37,970 nt of DNA from the NCBI RefSeq assembly GCF_900764565.1, contig NZ_CAAFOM010000126.1, positions 1 to 37,970 of the forward strand, written 5' to 3'. The notes below the pieces were generated by a model that did not search any database, was not told where the DNA came from, and was given only the letters and a program-made list of their open reading frames with translations. How positions within the stretch are numbered: the first letter of the stretch is position 1; each line of letters opens with the position of its first letter. The position numbers and the translations under genes were made by a program. This document shows, piece after piece, positions 1 through 9,460 of this stretch. This stretch comes from an uncultured Catenibacterium sp. GTDB taxonomy: Bacteria; Bacillota_I; Bacilli_A; Erysipelotrichales; Coprobacillaceae.

Positions 1-698
1 GTTTATCTACAGGAAGAGATGTAAATAGTATTCAGACACTCTTAAAGGATTGGCATATTGATGGTTTAGTCGATATGATTGTAGGGACAGGTGGTGCTGA
101 AATCTATGACTATACATTGGATATTTCTAAAGCACAGTATCCATTAGATGGAGAATCTATTAAAGAAATCATTGCACATTTTAAAGATATGGATTGTAAC
201 TTTGCGATTCCAGAAAATGGTGAACTCTATGCACCAAAAGATGATGCACATATTCAATTCTTATCAGAAGCAGATCATGTCCCTTATAAAGTAGTTAACT
301 ATGATGAATACTTAACTGAACCTAAACCAAAGCTTATTATTATTTGTAAACCTGATTATATGGATCAAATCATTGAACGTGCACAAACTTTCAAGAGTGA
401 TAAATTCAAATCATCTTCACTCAAGACTGCCAGTGAACTCTATGAATATATGGATCCACGTATCTCTAAAACAGCAGGACTTATAGAAATACTTAAGCTT
501 CATGATATTGATATCAAAGATATACTTACATTTGGTGATGCAGATAATGATTATGATATGACACTTAATGCAGGTATTGGTGTTGTAATGGCCAATGGTA
601 GTGAAAAGACAAAGAGTGTGGCAGATTATATCACGGATGATAATGATCATGATGGTATTGGTAATTATATAGAGAAGTACGTATTACACCTTGATTAA
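1..698 (+). CDS. Cof-type HAD-IIB hydrolase, 5'-truncated by the window edge
   Basis: Frame of ORF 75..698 stays open back to position 3 and reads LSTGR (HAD motif II). C-terminal SKTAGL and FGDADND...GVVMANG...ADYIT..NDHDG motifs are typical of Cof family. Confidence 0.85.
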   Translation, partial: LSTGRDVNSIQTLLKDWHIDGLVDMIVGTGGAEIYDYTLDISKAQYPLDGESIKEIIAHFKDMDCNFAIPENGELYAPKDDAHIQFLSEADHVPYKVVNYDEYLTEPKPKLIIICKPDYMDQIIERAQTFKSDKFKSSSLKTASELYEYMDPRISKTAGLIEILKLHDIDIKDILTFGDADNDYDMTLNAGIGVVMANGSEKTKSVADYITDDNDHDGIGNYIEKYVLHLD

Positions 699-714
699 AA
701 CCAAGGTGTTTTTT
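686..714 (+). terminator. Intrinsic terminator after HAD gene
   Basis: ACACCTTG-N8-CAAGGTGT stem followed by a T run. Confidence 0.65.
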
Positions 715-724
715 GATCAATCTA

Positions 725-733
725 TGATACAAT
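725..733 (+). promoter_or_regulatory. Extended -10 promoter (TGaTACAAT) for the GTPase-NYN gene
   Basis: TG-n-TACAAT upstream of RBS GAGGTG (740-745) and ATG at 751. Confidence 0.5.
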
Positions 734-750
734 AATCAAGAGGTGATTTG

Positions 751-3267
751 ATGAAACAATTAACACTTGGAATGGTGGCTCATGTTGATGCAGGTAAAAC
801 CACATTAAGTGAGTCATTACTCTATACTACAGGGACAATTAAACATCAGGGACGTGTGGATCATAAAGATACATTCCTTGACTATAATACACAGGAAAGA
901 GAAAGAGGCATTACTATCTTCTCTAAGGTTTCTTCTCTTGATTATAAGAATAATCATTTCACATTTATTGATACACCAGGTCATGCTGATTTTAGTGGAG
1001 AAATGGAACGTGCACTCAGTGTTCTTGATTATGCAATATTGATTATTAATGGTTTAGATGGGGTACAGGCCCATACTAAAACAATCTGGAACTTATTGAA
1101 ACATTATCATGTACCCGCATTCATCTTTGTGAATAAGATGGATTTAACACATTATACAAAAGAAGAACTATTGGACTCTTTATCTCAACTATCTCCTAAC
1201 ATCATGGATATGAGTTCTTCTGAAGAAGAAATTGCAGCACTTGATGAAGAAATGATAGAAGAATATCTAGAAACAGGATCTTTAAAGGATACATCTATCG
1301 CAAAAGCGATTTCCAATAGACATCTTTATCCACTCTATTTTGGCAGTGCTCTTAAGAATCAAGGGGTTAAAGAACTACTCGATGCTTTAGATCGTTATAC
1401 TTTAGAAAAAGAACCACAGTCTGAATTATCAGCGCAGGTCTTTAAGATAACTAGAGATGAAAGAGGAGAACGACTTGTCTTTATTAAGATAACGGGTGGT
1501 ACACTTCATGTACGTGATACAATCCATGATGAAAAGATTCATCAAATTAGATTATACCAAGGGAACCATTATACTTTACTAGAAGAAGCCTCTCAAAATG
1601 ATATTGTAGCCTTAACAGGTATTAAGAAGCTTCAGGCGGGGGATTATATAGGTTCTGGACATGTGATTCATTCAACATTAAGACCTTCTATGTTGTATTC
1701 AATTCAACCGTCCAAAGAAGCAGATATCAACCACTTCTTTTCTTCTTTAAAGGTATTAGGTGAAGAAGAACCATTACTTCATTTAAAACTCTATGACAAT
1801 CATGCCCAGGTTTCTTTAATGGGTGAAGTTCAAATAGATATTCTTAAACAATTAATGAAAGATCGTTTTAATGAAGAAATCACAGTGGATGAAGGAGATG
1901 TCGCTTATCTAGAAACAATCAAAGAACCAATAGAAGGGGTCGGCCACTTTGAACCACTTAGACACTATAGTGAAGTCCATCTTTACTTAGAACCACTTCC
2001 TCAAGGTTCAGGACTTGTCTTTGATAATCAATGTCAGAATAACTTAGAAGAGAGATATCAGAATCTCATCATGACACACTTGCAGGAAAAAGAACATTTA
2101 GGTGTACTCACAGGGTCTCCTATTACTGATATGAAAATCACACTTCTTGGTGGTAAAGCTCATTTAAAACATACAGAAGGCGGAGACTTCAGAGAAGCTA
2201 CTTATCGTGCTATCAGACAAGGTTTAAAAATGATTGAATCAGTCATATTAGAGCCTTATTATAAATATGAATTAGTGATTCCTACAGAGGCATTAAGTAA
2301 GGTCTACTATGCTTTAGAAGACTATCCAACACCTGCTGTAGTCAATGAGAATAATGATACAACAACACTTCATGGAGAAGCACCTGTCTTATTCCTTACT
2401 CATTATCAAAAAGAACTTCTGACTTCTACAAAAGGAAAAGGGCAGCTGTTCTTCTTAGATACATTCTATGCACCAGTAGAAAATCAGGAAGAAGTCATGA
2501 CTAAATGTGATTATGATAGTGAATCAGATCTAGATAATCCTACAGGTTCTATCTTCTGTTCACATGGTGCAGGATATTATGTGCCTTATTATGAAGTAAG
2601 AGAGAAGATGCATTTACCTCTTTATAGTGCGATGAAACAGGAACATACTTATACACATAATCCTGTACATATTAGTGATGAAGAACTTAAAAGAGTATAT
2701 GAACGTACTTATGGGCCCTTAGAAACAAAACTAGCAAGTGACTACTATAAACCTAAACAAGATCATGTTTCTTCTAATACAGTACAGGTATTAGATGAAT
2801 ATTTGATTGTGGATGGTTATAATGTCATCTTTGCCTGGGATGAACTGAATGAACTTGCGAAAGAGAATCTAGGCAGTGCAAGAGATAAGCTTATTGATAT
2901 ATTGATGAGCTATAAAGGATATCGTGGCTGTCATATGATCCTTGTCTTTGATGCTTATAAGGTTCCACAGAATAAAGGCAAGAGTCAGATGTATCATGAT
3001 ATGGAAATCGTTTATACAAAAGAAGGACAGACAGCCGATGCTTATATTGAAAGCATCACAAAACAGATGGCAGGACAATATCGTCTTGTAGTTGCCACAA
3101 GTGATAATCTTGAACAGAAGATTGTATTAGGTCATGGAGCAACACGTATTTCTTCAAGAGAATTACTTCAGGATGTTATTTCTCGTTCTAAAATCCAGAA
3201 AGAAGAATTTGAAAGAAAAAATCCTCAAATGCATAGTTATGCATTTGAGGATCTGAAGAAGTCTTAG
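751..3267 (+). CDS. TetM/EF-G-like translational GTPase with C-terminal NYN (YacP/Rae1-like) domain
   Basis: G motifs AHVDAGKT, RERGITI, DTPGH, NKMD, GSAL, followed by EF-G domain II-V-like regions. C-terminus has EYLIVDGYNVIFAW, LVFDA, TADAYIE, VATSD..EQ (NYN_YacP). Start moved to ATG 751 by RBS spacing. Confidence 0.88.
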   Translation: MKQLTLGMVAHVDAGKTTLSESLLYTTGTIKHQGRVDHKDTFLDYNTQERERGITIFSKVSSLDYKNNHFTFIDTPGHADFSGEMERALSVLDYAILIINGLDGVQAHTKTIWNLLKHYHVPAFIFVNKMDLTHYTKEELLDSLSQLSPNIMDMSSSEEEIAALDEEMIEEYLETGSLKDTSIAKAISNRHLYPLYFGSALKNQGVKELLDALDRYTLEKEPQSELSAQVFKITRDERGERLVFIKITGGTLHVRDTIHDEKIHQIRLYQGNHYTLLEEASQNDIVALTGIKKLQAGDYIGSGHVIHSTLRPSMLYSIQPSKEADINHFFSSLKVLGEEEPLLHLKLYDNHAQVSLMGEVQIDILKQLMKDRFNEEITVDEGDVAYLETIKEPIEGVGHFEPLRHYSEVHLYLEPLPQGSGLVFDNQCQNNLEERYQNLIMTHLQEKEHLGVLTGSPITDMKITLLGGKAHLKHTEGGDFREATYRAIRQGLKMIESVILEPYYKYELVIPTEALSKVYYALEDYPTPAVVNENNDTTTLHGEAPVLFLTHYQKELLTSTKGKGQLFFLDTFYAPVENQEEVMTKCDYDSESDLDNPTGSIFCSHGAGYYVPYYEVREKMHLPLYSAMKQEHTYTHNPVHISDEELKRVYERTYGPLETKLASDYYKPKQDHVSSNTVQVLDEYLIVDGYNVIFAWDELNELAKENLGSARDKLIDILMSYKGYRGCHMILVFDAYKVPQNKGKSQMYHDMEIVYTKEGQTADAYIESITKQMAGQYRLVVATSDNLEQKIVLGHGATRISSRELLQDVISRSKIQKEEFERKNPQMHSYAFEDLKKS

Positions 3268-3279
3268 GACTTCTTTTTT
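3256..3279. terminator. Probable bidirectional terminator between convergent genes
   Basis: AAGAAGTC-ttag-GACTTCTT with T tail, spanning the GTPase stop codon and ending at the copA stop. Confidence 0.55.
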
Positions 3280-5740
3280 ATTTGATGTTTGTAACTGTAT
3301 AATCTTTATCTTCTACAGTTTTCTTTAAGACATCATTAGATACTTCTTTACTTAAAGTGACAACTGCAGTGCCTTTTTCATGACTTACATCAGCACTTTC
3401 TACACCATCTACAGCTTCTAATGCCTTCTTTACAGCCATTTCACAATGACCACACATCATACCAGTAATTTCTAAAGTCTTTTCCATTGTTTTCTTCTCC
3501 TTTTTCTTTCTTTTTATATCTTTTGATGCATCATGCATAGAGAAAGTATTCAATCTCAATGCATTCATACATACAAAGAAACTAGATAAACTCATCGCAG
3601 CAGCCCCTAACATAGGACTCATCTGCCATCCTGTTAAGTGAATAAATACACCAGCTGCAACAGGAATACAAATCGCATTATAGAAGAATGCCCAGAATAA
3701 GTTCTCGTGGATATTTCTTAATGTGGCACGAGAGAGTCTGATTGCGGCAGTAACATCTGTCAGTTTACTATTCATTAAGACTACATCTGCTGCATCTATC
3801 GCAATATCAGTACCTGCCCCAATCGCAATTCCAATATCTGCACGTGTGAGTGCAGGTGCATCATTGATTCCATCACCCACCATAGCGACTTTACCATATT
3901 TTTGTAAATCTCTAATAACGCTCTCTTTACCATCAGGTAATACCCCTGCAATGACTTCATCCACACCCGCTTTTGAGCCAATTGCCTGGGCTGTTTCTTT
4001 ATTGTCACCTGTTAACATCACAACCTGAATACCCATGTTCTGCATTTCTTTAATAGCCTGAGGACTATCTTCCTTCATTGTATCAGCTACACAGATCATA
4101 CCAAGATAATAATCATCATAACTAAAGAATAGAGGTGTTTTACCTTCTTTAGCTATAGTTTTAGCTTGTAACTTTATATCTTCAGTAATATGTTGTTCCA
4201 TCATCTTGATACTGCCACCTAATACTTCTTTACCATGAATTAAACCTTTTAATCCATGACCAGGTAATATCTTGAAGTCTTCTACTTCTTCATTACCTTG
4301 GTAATAATCAGTAATCGCCTTACCAAGAGGATGTTCACTCTTCATCTCTAGACTTGATGCATAATTAAGTAGTACGTCTTTTTCTATCTTATAAGGGACA
4401 ACATCAGTCACTACAGGAGTTCCTTTTGTGATTGTGCCTGTCTTATCTAACGCAATAATATCAATAGATCCTGTCACTTCTAATGATTCAGATGTCTTAA
4501 ATAAAATGCCATGTTTTGCTCCCATACCATTACCAACCATGATAGCCACTGGTGTCGCAAGACCTAATGCACATGGACATGAAATAACTAAAACAGAAAT
4601 AGCACGGGCAATAGAGAATCCAATACTCTTACCTAGAATCATCCAGACAATAAATGTGACTAACGCAATCCCTATAATCACAGGTACAAAGATACCAGAT
4701 ACCTGATCAGCTTTCTTGGCGATAGGGGCTTTAGTGGCTGCCGCATCACTGACCATCTGAATAATCTGTGAAAGTGTTGTATCTTCACCTACACGAGTGG
4801 CACGTACTTTAATAAAGCCTGACTGATTGAGTGTTGCAGCTGATACTGTATCATTCACAGTCTTGTCAACAGGAATACTTTCACCTGTTAAGGCAGATTC
4901 ATCAATAGCCGTAGAACCTTCTACAATCACACCATCGACAGGAATATTTTCACCCGGTCTTACGACAAACAAATCGCCTTTATTCACTTCATCAATACTT
5001 ACAGTCACTTCTTTACCATCTTTAATAACCACTGCAGTCTGTGGTGCAAGATCCATTAAGCTCTTTAAAGCATCTGTCGTACGTCCTTTAGACATCGCTT
5101 CTAACATCTTTCCTACAGTAATTAAAGTAGGAATCATGGCTGCAGATTCAAAATAGAGGTCATGTCCTAAACGCATCACCTTCATCATCTGTCCATGGCT
5201 CATTGCATCAATCATTAAATATAAAACAACTAAGCTATAACCAAAAGCAGCACTAGAACCTAATGCAACCAAAGCATCCATATTAGGAGATAACTGAAAT
5301 AAGCTCTTATACCCATTAATAAAGAATGCTTTATTAATGACTAAAATAATAATAGTCAATAACATCTCTGTCACTGCAAGAGATACATGATTCTCTAAAA
5401 ATGAAGGCACAGGCCATTTCCACATCATATGACCCATGGATAAATACATTAATAGTAATAAGAATACTAAAGAAGTAATCAATCTCTTCTTTAATTTTGG
5501 TGTCTCATGATCCACTAAAGAATCATCTTTTACTTTTTCAACACCTTTTTCACTTGCACCATATCCAATATTCTCAATTGCTTGAATAATAGTCTCAGAA
5601 GACGCTGTTCCTTCTACTCCCATAGAATTTGTGAGTAAAGAAACAGAACAGCTTTCTACACCATCAATATGAGTTACAGTTTTTTCAATTCTATTGGCAC
5701 ACGCTGCACAACTCATACCAGTAATACTATATTGTTTCAT
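3278..5740 (-). CDS. copA: Cu(I)-translocating P1B-type ATPase with N- and C-terminal HMA domains
   Basis: GMSCAAC, TGES, CPC, DKTGT, SEHP, GDGINDAP, FFYN and MSLSS motifs, plus C-terminal GMMCGHC. Lies directly downstream of csoR. Confidence 0.93.
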   Translation of the reverse strand: MKQYSITGMSCAACANRIEKTVTHIDGVESCSVSLLTNSMGVEGTASSETIIQAIENIGYGASEKGVEKVKDDSLVDHETPKLKKRLITSLVFLLLLMYLSMGHMMWKWPVPSFLENHVSLAVTEMLLTIIILVINKAFFINGYKSLFQLSPNMDALVALGSSAAFGYSLVVLYLMIDAMSHGQMMKVMRLGHDLYFESAAMIPTLITVGKMLEAMSKGRTTDALKSLMDLAPQTAVVIKDGKEVTVSIDEVNKGDLFVVRPGENIPVDGVIVEGSTAIDESALTGESIPVDKTVNDTVSAATLNQSGFIKVRATRVGEDTTLSQIIQMVSDAAATKAPIAKKADQVSGIFVPVIIGIALVTFIVWMILGKSIGFSIARAISVLVISCPCALGLATPVAIMVGNGMGAKHGILFKTSESLEVTGSIDIIALDKTGTITKGTPVVTDVVPYKIEKDVLLNYASSLEMKSEHPLGKAITDYYQGNEEVEDFKILPGHGLKGLIHGKEVLGGSIKMMEQHITEDIKLQAKTIAKEGKTPLFFSYDDYYLGMICVADTMKEDSPQAIKEMQNMGIQVVMLTGDNKETAQAIGSKAGVDEVIAGVLPDGKESVIRDLQKYGKVAMVGDGINDAPALTRADIGIAIGAGTDIAIDAADVVLMNSKLTDVTAAIRLSRATLRNIHENLFWAFFYNAICIPVAAGVFIHLTGWQMSPMLGAAAMSLSSFFVCMNALRLNTFSMHDASKDIKRKKKEKKTMEKTLEITGMMCGHCEMAVKKALEAVDGVESADVSHEKGTAVVTLSKEVSNDVLKKTVEDKDYTVTNIK

Positions 5741-6042
5741 TTCATCACCTTCTGTAATACATTCACTAATTCATCAATTGTCTCATCATGACCTTCTTTA
5801 ATATCATCCACAACACATGTCTTAATATGTTTCGCAAGTAATTCTTTATTAAAACTATTCAAAGCTGCATTCACTGCAGAAACCTGAATAAGAATATCAG
5901 GACAATAGGCATCCTTTTCAACCATACCTTCAATCCCTCGAATCTGACCTTCAATACGCTTGAGGCGATTCATAAGTTTTTTCTTTTCTTCTTCACTACG
6001 ATCCTTATGACGTTCACTACAGCAACATTCTTTTAGATCCAT
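5737..6042 (-). CDS. csoR: CsoR-family metal-sensing repressor
   Basis: NRLKRIEGQIRGI..M..YCPDILIQVSAV..AL..HIKTCV (Cys-His-Cys ligands). Likely start ATG at 6042 with GGAGGTG RBS; 4-nt overlap with copA. Confidence 0.92.
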   Translation of the reverse strand: MDLKECCCSERHKDRSEEEKKKLMNRLKRIEGQIRGIEGMVEKDAYCPDILIQVSAVNAALNSFNKELLAKHIKTCVVDDIKEGHDETIDELVNVLQKVMK

Positions 6043-6061
6043 TATTTCACCTCCTGTTTCA

Positions 6062-6090
6062 ATCATATACCCTATGGGGGTATACGTCAA
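6062..6090 (-). promoter_or_regulatory. csoR-copA sigma-A promoter with CsoR operator in the spacer
   Basis: Minus strand TTGACG (6085-6090), 17 bp, TATGAT (6062-6067). The spacer holds TATACCCTATGGGGGTATA (6066-6084), matching the C/G-tract pseudo-palindrome of the B. subtilis CsoR operator. Confidence 0.88.
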
Positions 6091-6132
6091 GTGATATGAT
6101 TGTTGTATAATGACCACAAGGAGAAATGAATT

Positions 6133-7023
6133 ATGAAAACAAATAAACTTGTGCAGGGTGCACTCATCGCATCGCTCTTTGGTGTCCTTGCAGTACTCAA
6201 TACAATGACAGGTACGATGTTTGATTCCTTAATAGGTTATGGAATGGCTATTCCTATGGCTATCTATAGCTATAAAACAGGACTCAAAGAAGCTTTAATG
6301 ACTTCCGTTGCTTCCATGGTTATTGCTTTCTTATTTGGAACACTCAGCTATGTACTCATTGTCCTCTCATCACTAGGTATGGGAACAGTTGTAGGGTTAT
6401 GTCTTAAACATAAGGCTAAGAAAGAAACAATGCTGGTACTTGGTGCTACATTCTTCTTTTTATCTGACTTTTTATATTTCTATGTATTCTCAGGAGTCCT
6501 TGGCATTAACTTACTCACAGAAGCAAAAGAAATGTATAACCAGATTATTGCGGCAGTTCCTTCTATCTCTAGTGCCTTTACTTTCCAGGACTTCTATAAT
6601 ATTATTCCACTTTCTATACTCGTTATGTCCTTCTTACAGAGTTATTTAGTTATGATGTTATGTGCATTATTCTTTAAGCGCTTAAGAATACCTTTTGATA
6701 TGAGTATTCATATTGCGACATTTAGATTCAGTCCTAAAATGGGTTATATTCTTGCCATCATGCTCGCAGGTAGTATGATGGCAAGACAATACTTTGGAAA
6801 TGTCGTTATCATACAATATATTTATTTTATTAGTATCTTAGGATTTATGGTGGATGGTCTGGCTTTCTTGTCTTTCTATCTTATTATTAGAAACCATGGC
6901 CGTTATTCTAACTTGACTATTTTCTTAGTATTTATACCATTCCTACAGCCACTATTAGTTATCCTAGGAATTATTGATATATTTGTTGAAATACGTCAAA
7001 TACTGTATAATAAGTATCAATAA
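6133..7023 (+). CDS. YybS/DUF2232-family membrane protein
   Basis: MKTNKLVQGALIASL N-terminus, many TM segments, LGIIDIF C-terminus. Conserved position upstream of gdpP-rplI-dnaB. Confidence 0.8.
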   Translation: MKTNKLVQGALIASLFGVLAVLNTMTGTMFDSLIGYGMAIPMAIYSYKTGLKEALMTSVASMVIAFLFGTLSYVLIVLSSLGMGTVVGLCLKHKAKKETMLVLGATFFFLSDFLYFYVFSGVLGINLLTEAKEMYNQIIAAVPSISSAFTFQDFYNIIPLSILVMSFLQSYLVMMLCALFFKRLRIPFDMSIHIATFRFSPKMGYILAIMLAGSMMARQYFGNVVIIQYIYFISILGFMVDGLAFLSFYLIIRNHGRYSNLTIFLVFIPFLQPLLVILGIIDIFVEIRQILYNKYQ

Positions 7024-7037
7024 GGAGGGCCTCTACA

Positions 7038-8999
7038 ATGACGAGAAAAGTTGCACAAATTAGAAATATCTTTGTTCTTTTACTCGTATTTATAATCTTT
7101 GCTTCCTTTGCGGCCTTTGGTATATTTCATCAGGCCTGGATGCTTCGTCTTGCAATATTTGCAGTTATTACGAATGTGATCTATATTTCATTGTTGTTCT
7201 ATATGAGCTACTTAATGGATCAAAACAGCTATTCTGTTAGTGATGCATTAGGTATTGATGCAAAGAATGCTTTGATCTATGGTGGTGTGGGTCTGATTCA
7301 ATATGATGAAAACAGAAATATCACATGGGTCTCAGATTTTCTAAAGGCATTAAATATCAATATTGTAGGAATCAAACTATTAGAATGGCAGCCAACACTT
7401 GCAAGTCTTTTTGATGATGAAGATGTTAAGACAATAGAAGTCAAAGGGAAGAAATTTGAAGTCTATAATAGTGCGGATACAAGACTCATCTATATGAAGG
7501 ATGTGACACAATATGTGTCTTTATCACAGGATTATGAAGACATGCAGGTATGTATGGGTTATATTACTGTAGATAACTATGATGAAATTATTGCGAATGT
7601 AGATGAATCACAGAAGGTAAAGATTCAAAACTTATGTCGTAGTTTAATTACTGACTGGGCATATAAGAATGGTATGATCATTAGACGTTATCAGACAGGT
7701 AAATATCTTGTCTTCTTTAATGAACGTATCTATAAGAAACTCATTGAATCTAAATTCTCTATTTTGGATGATTTCAAGAATGCGATAGAAGAATTAGATG
7801 TTCTTATGACACTTTCTATTGGTATTGGTAGAAGTACAAAAGTATTAAGAGAACTAGAAGAACTCGCTTCTTCTGCGTTAAGCCTTGCTTATTCACGTGG
7901 TGGTGACCAGATTGCGATTAAGAGTGGTAAAGATCATGTGCGTTACTTTGGTGGTAAGACAGATGCATTTGAAACATCATCAAAAGTACGTTCACGTATC
8001 ATGGCACAATCTCTTGCAGGACTTATTACACGTTCACGTAATGTCCTTGTTATGGGACATAAGAATTCAGATCTGGATTCATTTGGTGCCTCTCTTGCGG
8101 CAGCACGTATTGCAGAAAACTTAGGCAAGAAGGTTAATATCGTCATAGACTATGAATCTCTTGAAGAAAAAACAAGAGGTGTCGTTGAAATGTTGAGAAG
8201 TAATCCTGATTATAAGGGGCTGATGCTGACTATTTCAGAAGCACTTGAAAAAGCCAACAAGGATACTTTATTGATCAGTGTGGATAACCATAAGGATTCA
8301 TTGGCCATCAGCCGTTCTGTACTTGATAAAGTAAAGAACAAGGTCATTATTGACCACCACCGTCGTAGTGAAGAATTTATTTCTTCACCGGTTCTAACAT
8401 ATCTAGAACCATCTGCATCCTCTACAGTAGAATTACTTGTAGAACTATTTGATTATCAGCAGCATGAAATAGACATTTCATCACTTGATGCGACAGTCAT
8501 GTATACAGGGATGCTTGTTGATACAAACTATTTCAGACAGCATGTAGGTACAAGAACATTCCAGTCAGCAGCTAAGCTCAAAGAAGCACAGGCTGACTTA
8601 ACACTTGCTTATGAATTGCTGGAAGATTCATTTGAATGTATGAAAGAAATATTTGATATCACAGAATCTGCTTATCGTTATAAGGATAAGATTCTTATTG
8701 CGACAGGCAAAGATGAAGAACTCAGTCGTTCTACTCTTGCGAAGGCAGCCAATCAATTAGTATATGTTTCTGGCATTTATGCTGCATTTGCGATAGGATA
8801 TATATCTAAGAACACAGTGGCCATCAGCGCACGTAGTTCTAAGAAGATCAATGTCCAGATGATTATGGAAAATGATGCTTTACATGGAGGCGGACACTTC
8901 TCTATGGCCGCCTGTCAGATTGAAAACGTGACAATCGAAGAAGCAAAAGAGAGATTAGAACATGCAATAGATGCATATTTGGAAGATAGGGGTGTATAA
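7038..8999 (+). CDS. gdpP: Cyclic-di-AMP phosphodiesterase (TM, PAS-like, degenerate GGDEF, DHH/DHHA1)
   Basis: VDNYDE, TLSIGIG, RGGDQ, MGHKNSDLDSFG, IDHHRR, ISARS, GGGH motifs; synteny. Confidence 0.92.
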   Translation: MTRKVAQIRNIFVLLLVFIIFASFAAFGIFHQAWMLRLAIFAVITNVIYISLLFYMSYLMDQNSYSVSDALGIDAKNALIYGGVGLIQYDENRNITWVSDFLKALNINIVGIKLLEWQPTLASLFDDEDVKTIEVKGKKFEVYNSADTRLIYMKDVTQYVSLSQDYEDMQVCMGYITVDNYDEIIANVDESQKVKIQNLCRSLITDWAYKNGMIIRRYQTGKYLVFFNERIYKKLIESKFSILDDFKNAIEELDVLMTLSIGIGRSTKVLRELEELASSALSLAYSRGGDQIAIKSGKDHVRYFGGKTDAFETSSKVRSRIMAQSLAGLITRSRNVLVMGHKNSDLDSFGASLAAARIAENLGKKVNIVIDYESLEEKTRGVVEMLRSNPDYKGLMLTISEALEKANKDTLLISVDNHKDSLAISRSVLDKVKNKVIIDHHRRSEEFISSPVLTYLEPSASSTVELLVELFDYQQHEIDISSLDATVMYTGMLVDTNYFRQHVGTRTFQSAAKLKEAQADLTLAYELLEDSFECMKEIFDITESAYRYKDKILIATGKDEELSRSTLAKAANQLVYVSGIYAAFAIGYISKNTVAISARSSKKINVQMIMENDALHGGGHFSMAACQIENVTIEEAKERLEHAIDAYLEDRGV

Positions 9000-9002
9000 G
9001 AT

Positions 9003-9449
9003 ATGAAAGTTATTTTATTAGAAGATGTGAAAAAAGTTGGTAAGAAGGGTGAAATCGTTAATGTATCTGACGGTTATGGACAGAACTTCTTAATTAAGAA
9101 TGGTAAAGCTTTAATGGCAACAGAAACAGGTAAGAAGATTGTTGCACAGCAGGAAGAAGAAAAGAAACAGGAAGACTTAAAGAGAAAAGAAGAAGCTCAG
9201 GAACTTGCTAAGAAGCTTGAAACTATTGTCGTAGAATTCAAGGTTAAGACTGGTAAGGATGGTAAGAGCTTTGATCATGTTTCTACAAAACATATCGCAA
9301 AGAAATTATTAGAAGAACATGGTATTAAGATTGATAAGAGAAAGTTCATCAATGCTTATCCGGTAGGTGCTTTAGGAACTACTAAGTTTAAGATTGAACT
9401 TTATAAAGGTGTTATTGCGACTATCAATGTTCATCTATCTGAAAAATAA
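9003..9449 (+). CDS. rplI: 50S ribosomal protein L9
   Basis: [31 protein letters not shown]; 148 aa. Confidence 0.97.
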   Translation: MKVILLEDVKKVGKKGEIVNVSDGYGQNFLIKNGKALMATETGKKIVAQQEEEKKQEDLKRKEEAQELAKKLETIVVEFKVKTGKDGKSFDHVSTKHIAKKLLEEHGIKIDKRKFINAYPVGALGTTKFKIELYKGVIATINVHLSEK

Positions 9450-9460
9450 GGTGAATACTT

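Noticed and set aside
751..3267. Calling this gene tetM/tetW/tetO
   Set aside because: It has an extra NYN domain, lacks the TetM domain IV loop sequence and has no mobile context; resistance is unsupported.
3723..5156. Plus-strand ORFs of about 90-110 aa inside copA
   Set aside because: Antisense shadows of a well-conserved gene with no supporting signals.
6043..6117. Longer csoR N-terminus in the ORF track
   Set aside because: It runs through the promoter and operator; RBS supports the 6042 start.
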